A stretch of 32,000 bases of DNA from an uncultured Chloroflexia bacterium (GCA_963718915.1 CAVRAI010000015.1:660001-692000); one strand, 5' to 3'. Shown: positions 19,928-27,799, numbered from the stretch's first letter. The notes: generated by a model not told the origin, from the letters alone. Program-made: numbers and translations.

Positions 19928-20596
19928 ATGTCATCGCATACTGCCCGCGCCTATCCGCTCCCGGATCACCGCTGCGTCTTCTGCGCGCACGCCGCGCTAG
20001 ACGTGGTACTGGAGGAGACGACGCATTTTCTGGTCATTGCCGATCACGCGCCCCTTGCCGAGGGCCATCTGCTGATCGTCCCGCGCGACCACTACGCCTG
20101 CTACGGCGCGCTTCCAGTGGAGTTCGACGACGAGGCGCGTGAACTGCGCGCGCGCGTTACCGACTTTCTGACGGCTGCTTACCGCGCGCCAATCTACTTC
20201 GAGCACGGTGTTTTCCGTCAGACAGTCTTCCACGCGCACCTGCACGCGCTGCCCCTGGGCGCGGCCAGTCCGGGTTTCGTCGCGGAGATTGGCGGCATCG
20301 GAAGCCCTGCCCCCTCGCCAGACGCTCTGCGCGCATGGTACTCCGAGCAGGGCCACTACTTCTACCTTGATACGGAGCGGGGAGATTCAGGCACGCGCGA
20401 GCCGCTGCTCTTCCCCGCCGACCTGGAGGTCTATTTCCAGGTCATGGGCACACTCCGCGCTCATACCGCGCAGACCGCGTCGTGGATTCCTCCCGCGCTC
20501 CGTCAGATGCAGGGCGCAGAGAAGATGCGCGCGCTGGCCGCCGCCTGGCGCGAGTACTTCGGGATTGCACGAGCAATGCAAGAAGGCGCAGACTGA
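19928..20596 (+). CDS. HIT-family nucleotide hydrolase/transferase with a C-terminal domain of about 100 aa of unknown function
   Basis: CVFC near the N-terminus, HLLIVPRDH, and the histidine triad FHAHLHALP. The remainder has no motif I recognise. Confidence 0.8.
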   Translation: MSSHTARAYPLPDHRCVFCAHAALDVVLEETTHFLVIADHAPLAEGHLLIVPRDHYACYGALPVEFDDEARELRARVTDFLTAAYRAPIYFEHGVFRQTVFHAHLHALPLGAASPGFVAEIGGIGSPAPSPDALRAWYSEQGHYFYLDTERGDSGTREPLLFPADLEVYFQVMGTLRAHTAQTASWIPPALRQMQGAEKMRALAAAWREYFGIARAMQEGAD

Positions 20597-20718
20597 TGAT
20601 GCATCCCGCGCAAGCGGCAACGCAGGTAGTTGGTGAACGGTTCGCGACCTGAAGACTGCGACTCATCCTGGCCCTGCTGTATCCACTTGCTTGTCACTAC
20701 ACAACGGCTGTTCGCTCG

Positions 20719-20727
20719 TGCTATACT
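20719..20727 (+). promoter_or_regulatory. Extended -10 promoter candidate (TGcTATACT) for the first TIR-WD40 gene
   Basis: tg at 20719-20720 and tatact at 20722-20727, about 42 nt upstream of ATG 20769. The homologous position upstream of the second gene reads gcgcTATACA (22785-22790). Confidence 0.3.
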
Positions 20728-20768
20728 GAATGCACTCTTCACCCTCAGTAGAGCAAATGGAGTGTAGT

Positions 20769-22619
20769 ATGGCAACTTCGAGAACCCACCACAAGCGCGT
20801 CTTCATCAGCTATTCGCGTGCCGACAGCGCCACGATAGACCGCCTGGAGGCTGAACTCATCAGTTATGGCTTCAAGACCTGGGTTGATCGCCAGCATCTG
20901 GAGGGTGGCGACAAATGGGCAGAGAAGATTGAGCAGGCTATTCAAGAGTGTGATGCCGTCGTTGTGGGTCTCTCGCCGGATGCTGTCGCGTCTCCCTGGG
21001 TAACCAATGAACTGTTTTATGCCCAGCAGTTGGAAAAGACGATCATTCCTGTCTTGCTACACCCAGTGAAGCGTATTCCTCTGCTGATCGTCGCTATTCA
21101 GTATATTAGTATGCATGTGGATGAGTCGCAGGGCCTGCAACAACTGCGCCTGCGCCTGCTGCGTCTCGGCGAGCATGCGACAACGACAGGATCAGCGCAT
21201 CCAGCGTTCTCGCAGACATCTTCCCATCGCATTGCCTCTACTGCCCAGGAGCATAGCGGTGAGCCAGCCGCTCAACTGGTGGCGCTGCCAGCCGCCGCGC
21301 CTACCGCCGATCTCAACGACTTGTTTCAACAGGGTTTCGCGGCCAAAGCACATGGGGATCTCGAACAGGCAGAGGCGCTGCTATCGCAGGTAGTCGAGCG
21401 CGATGCGCGGTTCGGCGATGGTGTTGCCGCCCAACAGTTGGAAGAGACGCGGCAGCAATTGCTCCCGCCGCAGCTTGCCCGCTTACGCCAGCAGGGACGG
21501 CAGGCGGAAGCAAAGGGCGCATGGGCTGAGGCGATTGGCGCCTGGAAGGCTCTGCTTGAGCGAGTACCTGATGATGTCGAAACGCAAACCGCGCTGGAAC
21601 GAGACCAGCAGAACCGGGATGCCAGCTGGCTCTATTCCACCGCGCGTGACCTGGTGCAGAAGGGCGATTGGTCTGCCTTCCAGGAAATGTGGCGCCTGCT
21701 CCACGAACGTGCTCCGTTCTATGGCGATCCAGATGAGGTATTCGCGTTGGTACCACCAGAATATGTACGTGGCGCTGTGCTGCTTACTCTAGCGGGACAC
21801 ACCAATGCGGTAGCGGGCATTGCCTGGTCGCCCGACGGAACACGGCTTGCCACTGCCAGCAAAGATCAGACGGTGCGCATTTGGGAAGCAGCAACTGGCA
21901 AACAGCTTATCGTCTGCAAGGGGCACACCGGTTACGTGACGAGTGTCGCCTGGTCGCCCGACGGGCAGCGACTCGCCAGTTCATGTGACGATAACGCGGA
22001 TAGAACCGTGCGCGTCTGGGAAGCTGCGACAGGAAACCCGCTGGTCGTCTGTTCGGGGCATACTGGTGGAGTGAGTAGTGTCGCCTGGTCGCCCGATGGG
22101 CAGCGACTCGCCACCGCTAGCGTAGATCAGACCGCGCGCACCTGGGAGGCCGCCACTGGGAAACCACTGCATATCCTGCAAGGCCATACCGAAACAGTGT
22201 TTGGTATAGCCTGGTCGCCCGACGGGCAACGACTTGCCACCGCCAGCGGGGATAAAACCGCGCGCACCTGGGAGGCTGCTACTGGGAAACAGTCGAACAT
22301 CCTGCAGGGCCATACCGCAACGGTGAATGACATATCATGGGCGCCCAATGGCCAGCATCTGGCTACAGCGGGTTGGGATTACTCCGTACGGACATGGGAT
22401 GCTAATAGCGGCAAGCAGATTCTCGCCCTGCAGAATGCTGACAAGATGGCATTTGGAGTAGCCTGGTCACCCGACAGCTATCGACTTGTGAGTTGCGATC
22501 ATCATGTACACGTGTGGAATGCTAGTACTGGTAAACTCTTGTTCGATTGTCAGGGTCAAAGTGAGGTGACTTTTAGCGTCGCCTGGTCTGCCGGACGGCG
22601 AGCGTATCGCCACTGGTAG
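20769..22619 (+). CDS. TIR domain / TPR-like helical region / 7-blade WD40 protein; apparent frameshift in the last blade, corrected reading frame ends at 22653
   Basis: ORF from 20730. GGAG at 20759-20762 favours ATG 20769. TIR_2-like VFISYSRADS...WVDRQHLEGGDKW...SPWVTNELFYA. Blades carry GHTxxVxx[IV]AWSPDGxRLA and VR[IV]W. Confidence 0.9.
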   Translation: MATSRTHHKRVFISYSRADSATIDRLEAELISYGFKTWVDRQHLEGGDKWAEKIEQAIQECDAVVVGLSPDAVASPWVTNELFYAQQLEKTIIPVLLHPVKRIPLLIVAIQYISMHVDESQGLQQLRLRLLRLGEHATTTGSAHPAFSQTSSHRIASTAQEHSGEPAAQLVALPAAAPTADLNDLFQQGFAAKAHGDLEQAEALLSQVVERDARFGDGVAAQQLEETRQQLLPPQLARLRQQGRQAEAKGAWAEAIGAWKALLERVPDDVETQTALERDQQNRDASWLYSTARDLVQKGDWSAFQEMWRLLHERAPFYGDPDEVFALVPPEYVRGAVLLTLAGHTNAVAGIAWSPDGTRLATASKDQTVRIWEAATGKQLIVCKGHTGYVTSVAWSPDGQRLASSCDDNADRTVRVWEAATGNPLVVCSGHTGGVSSVAWSPDGQRLATASVDQTARTWEAATGKPLHILQGHTETVFGIAWSPDGQRLATASGDKTARTWEAATGKQSNILQGHTATVNDISWAPNGQHLATAGWDYSVRTWDANSGKQILALQNADKMAFGVAWSPDSYRLVSCDHHVHVWNASTGKLLFDCQGQSEVTFSVAWSAGRRAYRHW

Positions 22620-22653
22620 CGCTGGTGGCGCCGCGCGGGTGTGGCGAGTATAA
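21795..22653 (+). repeat. Tandem coding repeats (about 126-nt period, 7 units) encoding WD40 blades
   Basis: The recurrent string gcctggtcgcccga[ct]gg appears at about 21826, 21949, 22084 and 22210, with degenerate copies later. Units 3 and 4 share long identical stretches (accgcgcgcacctgggaggc). Confidence 0.85.
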
Positions 22654-22702
22654 GCGGCGCGCGCGGGATTAGCCGCAGCATAAGAGATGCGCTGGCGGCT
22701 CA

Positions 22703-22754
22703 AGCCGCGCCTATGGGCCGTTGGCCGCAAAGCCCGCCTGCGCGGGCTGCAGAA
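22703..22754 (+). repeat. Intergenic double-hairpin repeat, family 1, copy B
   Basis: agccgcgcctatgGGCCgttGGCCgcaaAGCCCGCctgcGCGGGCTgcagaa. Lies 49 nt after the frame-corrected stop of the first TIR-WD40 gene. Confidence 0.75.
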
Positions 22755-22834
22755 ACAGATGTAAATGTGATTGCGCGCTGGCGCTATACACTAAAAGCGT
22801 CTTTCGCCCTCAGTAGCGCAAGCAGGAGCGTGGC

Positions 22835-24289
22835 ATGAGTGCAGCCGCGAATAGTCCCACCAACGTCTTCATCAGCTACTCGCGCGCCGACAGCGCCGCC
22901 ATAGACCGTCTGGAAGCCGAACTGATCGGCTTCGGCTTCATAACCTGGGTTGACCGTGAACATCTGGAGGGCGGCGACCGTTGGGCGGCGCAGATCGAGC
23001 GCGCCATCCAGATGAGCGATGTTGTTGTGGTTTGTCTCTCGCCAGACGCTGTTAATTCACCCTGGGTGACCAATGAACTGTTTTATGCGCAGCAACTAGG
23101 CAAGCCAATCATCCCGATACTGCTGCATCCAGTAGCGCGCATTCCACTGTTGCTGGCTGCCATTCAATACATCGACATGCAGGCAGATGAAGCACGGGGA
23201 GTTCAGCAATTGCGCCTCCGGTTGCTGCGCCTCAGCGGGCAGTCTATCGCAGTCGAACCAGAGCAATCGACACCCACGATTGCACACAACATCGCTCCAA
23301 CTCCCCAGCCATATGCTAACGATCCTCTAGCTCAATCTAATTATAGCGACCCCAGTACCTCCCACAGTTCAACACCCTTAGTTCACTCGGCTGCAACCAT
23401 ACTTAAGGTGTGCCTGAGTGACATGTTAAATGAACTTGCGGTCGCGTGGTCGCCCGATGGTCAGCGGCTGGCAATTGGGGGTAGTGAGGTAGTGATACAG
23501 ATCTGGGATGTGGCAACGAGAAAATCGCTTGTAACCTGTGAAGGTCATACAGGGTCAGAACATGAGGTAGCATGGTCGCCGGACGGGAAGCGACTGGCGA
23601 GCGCGAGCGGAGATTCGACAGCCCGAATCTGGGATGTTGATACAGGGAAATCGCTGCTCACCTACCAAAACCACTTTTTCGGCCATATGCCAGTGGGTGT
23701 GCAAAGTGTGGCGTGGTCGCCCGATGGAAAGCGGCTGGCAAGCGCAGGTCAAGATGCGAAGGTGCAAATCTGGGACGCGGATTCAGGAGCGACTCTCCGC
23801 ACCTGCTGGATCCATACGAAGGCTGTCGTTGGAGTCGCGTGGTCGCCTGATGGGAAGCGGCTGGCGAGCGCAAGCCTGGATCTCACGGTGCGGATATGGG
23901 ATGCCACAACGGGCGAGCCGCTGCTCACGTGTCGGGGCCATAGCGAAGCGGTATTTGGGATAGCGTGGTCACCTGATGGAACGCGATTGGCGAGCGCAAG
24001 CGCGGATCACACAGTGCGAATATGGGACGCAAGGTTGGACCAACCGCCGCTGCTCCTCTGCCTAGGCCATGCTAAGGACGTGTTAGGGGTGGCATGGTCG
24101 CCTGACGGGACGCGGCTGGCAAGCGCGAGCATGGATCAGACGGTGCGAATCTGGGATGCCGCAACGGGCGAGCTAGCGCTTACCTATCAGGGCCATACAG
24201 GCGACGTACAGAAAGTCGCGTGGTCGCCCGATGGGAAGTGGCTGGCAAGCGCAAGCGCTGATGGAACAGTGCGCCTGTGGCAGATGTAG
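22835..24289 (+). CDS. TIR domain / 7-blade WD40 protein (paralog of the upstream gene, no helical spacer)
   Basis: AGGAG at 22824-22828, 6 nt before the ATG. TIR segment is 97/123 identical to the upstream paralog by hand alignment. Seven AWSPDG[KTQ][RW]LA blades. Ends ...GTVRLWQM. Confidence 0.92.
   Translation: MSAAANSPTNVFISYSRADSAAIDRLEAELIGFGFITWVDREHLEGGDRWAAQIERAIQMSDVVVVCLSPDAVNSPWVTNELFYAQQLGKPIIPILLHPVARIPLLLAAIQYIDMQADEARGVQQLRLRLLRLSGQSIAVEPEQSTPTIAHNIAPTPQPYANDPLAQSNYSDPSTSHSSTPLVHSAATILKVCLSDMLNELAVAWSPDGQRLAIGGSEVVIQIWDVATRKSLVTCEGHTGSEHEVAWSPDGKRLASASGDSTARIWDVDTGKSLLTYQNHFFGHMPVGVQSVAWSPDGKRLASAGQDAKVQIWDADSGATLRTCWIHTKAVVGVAWSPDGKRLASASLDLTVRIWDATTGEPLLTCRGHSEAVFGIAWSPDGTRLASASADHTVRIWDARLDQPPLLLCLGHAKDVLGVAWSPDGTRLASASMDQTVRIWDAATGELALTYQGHTGDVQKVAWSPDGKWLASASADGTVRLWQM
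23426..24289 (+). repeat. Tandem coding repeats (about 126-nt period, 7 units) encoding WD40 blades
   Basis: The recurrent string gcgtggtcgcc[cgt]ga[ct]gg[ag]a[ac]gcg[ga]ctggc[ga]agcgc appears through the array. Confidence 0.85.
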
Positions 24290-24361
24290 GAGACACCCGC
24301 CTGGTTCCCGCTCTCCTTATGCGAGTCAGCCGCGCCCACGCCGAATTGCCTCGATGCACTC

Positions 24362-24424
24362 TGGCGAGTCCGCGCAGGCGGACTTCGTGGCCGAGCGCGA
24401 GCGAGGCCGTTCAGGCGCGACTTT
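24362..24424 (-). repeat. Intergenic double-hairpin repeat, family 1, copy C (inverted, with a 9-nt larger first loop)
   Basis: The reverse complement reads aaagtcgcgcctgaacGGCCtcgctcgcgctcGGCCacgaAGTCCGCctgcGCGGACTcgccag. Sits between convergent stops at 24289 (+) and 24445 (-). Confidence 0.7.
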
Positions 24425-24444
24425 AGTCGCCCGCGCTCGTTCCA

Positions 24445-25407
24445 CTATCCCTTCACCGAGCCGGCCAGGATGCCGCGCACGAAGTAGCGTTGCAGGCTGA
24501 AGAAGATCACCAGCGGCAGCGCCATCGAGATGAAGGCGGCGGCGGTCAGTACCTCGTAGTTGGTGCCGAACGAGTTGACCAGGTTGGCGATGGCCACCGT
24601 CATCGGTGCGCGATCGGGAGAGCCACCCAGCAACACCAGCGCCACCAGCAGGTCATTCCAGACCCACATGAACTGGAAGATCACCAGCGAGGCCAGCGAC
24701 GGTATCGCCAGCGGCAGCAGGATCCGGAAGAAGATGCGCAGATGCGACGCGCCGTCGATTCGCGCCGACTCCATCAGGTCGCCTGGCAGCGCGCCAAAGA
24801 AGCTCCGTAACAGGTAGATCGCAAACGGCAACCCATACGCCGTGTGCGCCAGCCAGATACCCACGAAACTGCCCGTTAGCCCAACATTGGTCAGGAGCTG
24901 GAAGATCGGAATCAGCGTCATCTGAACCGGCACGACCAGCAGCGCCACAATCGCCAGGAAGATCCAGTCGCGTCCCGGAAAATGCATCCAGGCGAAGGCA
25001 TAGGCGGCGAAGGCGGCCACCAGCACCGGGATGATCGTCCCTGGGATGGAGATAATCAGGCTGTTGATGAAGGCCGTGCCGAAATCCTGCGTCTCAAGCA
25101 CGTGCTGGTAGTTTTCGAGGGTGAAATGCCAGGGTGGTATCAGACCCTCCCACCAGCCGCTGCTGTGAATGGCGACGGGAGTGCGGAATGAACTGATGAA
25201 CAGCCCAAAGGTGGGCACTGACCATAGTAGCGCGATCAGCACGACCAGGAACGTCAGCAACCCACTATTGACGCTGCGTATCAGCCGCTCGCGCGGAGTA
25301 AGCGTGCGTATAGTGGGCTGCGCCAGGGCGCTCGGTTTGTCGCTTGACAGATCAATATCGGTGGTAATATCCGCCGGGGAGGCTGGATTCTTGCCTATGC
25401 CGCTCAT
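24445..25407 (-). CDS. Carbohydrate ABC transporter permease (MalG-like)
   Basis: Six or more TM segments. EAA loop ESARIDGASHLRIFFRILLPLAIP. Its start overlaps the upstream permease stop by 4 nt. Confidence 0.9.
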   Translation of the reverse strand: MSGIGKNPASPADITTDIDLSSDKPSALAQPTIRTLTPRERLIRSVNSGLLTFLVVLIALLWSVPTFGLFISSFRTPVAIHSSGWWEGLIPPWHFTLENYQHVLETQDFGTAFINSLIISIPGTIIPVLVAAFAAYAFAWMHFPGRDWIFLAIVALLVVPVQMTLIPIFQLLTNVGLTGSFVGIWLAHTAYGLPFAIYLLRSFFGALPGDLMESARIDGASHLRIFFRILLPLAIPSLASLVIFQFMWVWNDLLVALVLLGGSPDRAPMTVAIANLVNSFGTNYEVLTAAAFISMALPLVIFFSLQRYFVRGILAGSVKG

Positions 25408-26324
25408 CGCTGCGCCTCCTGTATGCGGAATCGACGGATGTTGAAGATCATAATCGGCACGATTGCCACCAGCAGCACGACCGCCAGCGCGCTTGAGATG
25501 CCATTATCATTGAAAATGAGAAGCTGGTTGTAGAACTCGACGGCGATGACATTGGTATTGAAGTTGCCTCCGGTCATCACATACACAATGTCGAATATCT
25601 TGAGCAGGTTGATGATCATCGTCGTCGCGACCACGGCAATCGTCGGGCTGATCATCGGTACGATGATGCGGAAGAAGATCGACAGCTCGCCCGCGCCATC
25701 CACCCGCGCCGCCTCCAGCACATCCGTGGGCACGCCTTTGAGCGCCGCCGAGAGGATCACCATGCAGAAGCCGGTCCACATCCACACGTAGACGACGATC
25801 AGCGCGATATTGTTACCGGCGCCGACGAGCCAGGCCTGTGGCGGGAAACCGAGGCGGGTGATAAACGCGTTGAGCAGACCAATCTGATCACCAGAGGCGT
25901 TGTAGTCGTAGACAAACTTCCAGATGACACCAGCGCCTACGAACGAGATCGCCATGGGAATGAAGATCGCTGCCTTGGCGGCGCTCTCGATGCGCACGCG
26001 ATCCATCAGCACAGCGATAATCAGCCCGAGCGCCACCGTCGCCGCGGTGCCCAGTACCAGCCAGAGCAGGTTGTTGCGCAGCACGATCAGCGTATTGGGA
26101 CTGGTGAAGATCTTTTGGAAGTTCTCCAGGCCGACGAACTGGCTCGAATCGAAATTGAACAGGCTGGTCCAGAGCGTGGAGATGACAGGATAGAGTAGAA
26201 ACACCACGACAAACGCTACCGCCGGGGCAATCCAGATCCAGGCGATGAGCGCGTTGCGTATTTTGACTCCAAATGGCGACCGGTTACTTTGAGCCGGTGG
26301 CTCGTGGGTGGCAGCAATAGCCAT
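25404..26324 (-). CDS. Carbohydrate ABC transporter permease (MalF-like)
   Basis: EAA loop EAARVDGAGELSIFFRIIVPMISP. Multiple TM segments. Confidence 0.9.
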   Translation of the reverse strand: MAIAATHEPPAQSNRSPFGVKIRNALIAWIWIAPAVAFVVVFLLYPVISTLWTSLFNFDSSQFVGLENFQKIFTSPNTLIVLRNNLLWLVLGTAATVALGLIIAVLMDRVRIESAAKAAIFIPMAISFVGAGVIWKFVYDYNASGDQIGLLNAFITRLGFPPQAWLVGAGNNIALIVVYVWMWTGFCMVILSAALKGVPTDVLEAARVDGAGELSIFFRIIVPMISPTIAVVATTMIINLLKIFDIVYVMTGGNFNTNVIAVEFYNQLLIFNDNGISSALAVVLLVAIVPIMIFNIRRFRIQEAQR

Positions 26325-26342
26325 AGCGTGGCCCCTTCCCAG

Positions 26343-26371
26343 GCGGACGTGGGAAGTTGGCCCACGTCCGC
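26343..26371 (-). promoter_or_regulatory. Intercistronic stem-loop between the SBP and permease genes
   Basis: Perfect 11-bp stem gcggacgtggg / cccacgtccgc with a 7-nt loop. An alternative 7-bp pairing, cttccca (26335-26341) with tgggaag (26350-26356), overlaps it. Confidence 0.5.
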
Positions 26372-26395
26372 GATGCCTGGTAACAGTTGGGGGAA

Positions 26396-27799
26396 TTAGT
26401 GATACGCCGTAACGGCAGTGGATTCGATGTTGCCGAGCACAGTGTTGAGTTGGCTCGAATCCTGAATGTAGGTGAGCAGGCCCTTCCAGAAGTCCGTCTG
26501 CACCTGAGCGGGCATCAGGTCGCCCGCGCCATACTTGACGATTGGCGCGCTGGTGAGCATCTTGACCGACGCCTGCGATACCGCATCAGGATAGTCGCTG
26601 ATGGGCACGTTCTTGTTCACCGCCGTGAAGCCACCGCGCTTCACCCAGATGGCCTGCGCATCAGCCGTCGCCAGATACTTCACCAGCTGGTGTATGGAGT
26701 CCCCATTCCTCATAGCGACTACCACATCAGCGCCGACGGTAATCGCGCCTTTGTACTGGTCGTTGATCGTCGGGAACGGGAAGAAGTTGAACTCGGTCTC
26801 CGGCTGCAGCTTCGGGAATTGAGTGGTGATGAACCCTTCGGTAAAGTCGCCCAGATAGTACATGTACGCTGTCGGTGGCGACTGGAAGGGGGCGTAGCTG
26901 GCAGGCTGGAAGTTGGTCGCCAGAATAGACTGTGGCGAGCCGTTGATGTAGTGGTTGCCGTGAGCAATCTGCCCGAAATACTGGAAGGCGTTCTTCACAC
27001 TGGCGTCGGTCCAGGGGATCGTATGAGCGACCCACTTGTCATACTGGGCCGGGCCAGACTGGTTGGCGAAGATTTGCGCTACCCAGTCCGCCGATGGCCA
27101 GCCACTGGCCGCGCCACTTTCGACACCCATCGACCAGGGATACTTGCCCGATGAGGCGATGGTGTTGGACAGAGTAATCATATCCTGCCATGTGGCGGGT
27201 GTCGTGTAGTTGTTGCTCGTGAACTGCGCTGGATTGTACCAGACGGTCCCCTTGTTGGCTGCTTTGAAGAAGATGGCGTACAGCTTCCCGCCGTAGGAGC
27301 CGAGGTCAATCCACGACGATGCATAGTCGTTGTGGATCTGGTTCATGTCGAGGAAACTATCTAACGCTAACAGCTTGTGCTGGGCGGCGAGTTCCTGCAT
27401 TTTCCCAGGGTTCGGCAGAATGGCGATATCCGGGGGATTGTTGCCACGGAGCAGAATGGTCAACTGCGCATTCACGTCGCGGGTCGCGGTGATATTGACT
27501 GTGATACCAGTCGACTGGGTAAAGGGCGCAACCACTGCCTTGAAGGAGGCCTGCTCTTCGCCACCCCAGGTCGTTAAGAGGCTTAACGTCTTTGTGCTGT
27601 TGGTGGGGATGCTGCTGGCGCTGGTGGTACCTCCACAGGCCGCCAGCAGCGCTGAGACAGCGCTGAGCGAGAGTCCGAGCGCCACGGCACGCTGGATAAA
27701 TGCGCGCCTGCTGAGGCCGTGCTTCTGATAATCCGTGACGAGACCTTCAATCGCTGCTTCCTGTGAGGCATTCTCCTCGAGTTCATCCATGTGTGCCAT
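26396..27799 (-). CDS. ABC transporter extracellular solute-binding protein (family 1, sugar), Tat-type lipoprotein signal
   Basis: Twin-arginine motif SRRAFIQ followed by the lipobox LLAACGG. The size (467 aa) and W/Y-rich sequence are typical of CUT1 SBPs. Confidence 0.9.
   Translation of the reverse strand: MAHMDELEENASQEAAIEGLVTDYQKHGLSRRAFIQRAVALGLSLSAVSALLAACGGTTSASSIPTNSTKTLSLLTTWGGEEQASFKAVVAPFTQSTGITVNITATRDVNAQLTILLRGNNPPDIAILPNPGKMQELAAQHKLLALDSFLDMNQIHNDYASSWIDLGSYGGKLYAIFFKAANKGTVWYNPAQFTSNNYTTPATWQDMITLSNTIASSGKYPWSMGVESGAASGWPSADWVAQIFANQSGPAQYDKWVAHTIPWTDASVKNAFQYFGQIAHGNHYINGSPQSILATNFQPASYAPFQSPPTAYMYYLGDFTEGFITTQFPKLQPETEFNFFPFPTINDQYKGAITVGADVVVAMRNGDSIHQLVKYLATADAQAIWVKRGGFTAVNKNVPISDYPDAVSQASVKMLTSAPIVKYGAGDLMPAQVQTDFWKGLLTYIQDSSQLNTVLGNIESTAVTAYH

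Noticed and set aside
22641-22838. 65-aa + strand ORF between the two TIR-WD40 genes
   Set aside because: It spans the family-1 hairpin repeat and the conserved leader, has no RBS and a biased Ala/Arg composition. It is better explained as non-coding intergenic DNA.
21795-24289. Periodic repeats of about 126 nt that might suggest a CRISPR-like or satellite array
   Set aside because: The period equals one WD40 blade (42 aa). The repeats are in frame within long ORFs, and there is no short-repeat/unique-spacer organisation. No CRISPR array is present anywhere in the window.
24445-27799. Sugar ABC operon lacking an ATPase gene
   Set aside because: CUT1-family sugar importers commonly rely on a shared MsiK/MalK-type ATPase encoded elsewhere, so the absence is expected rather than anomalous.
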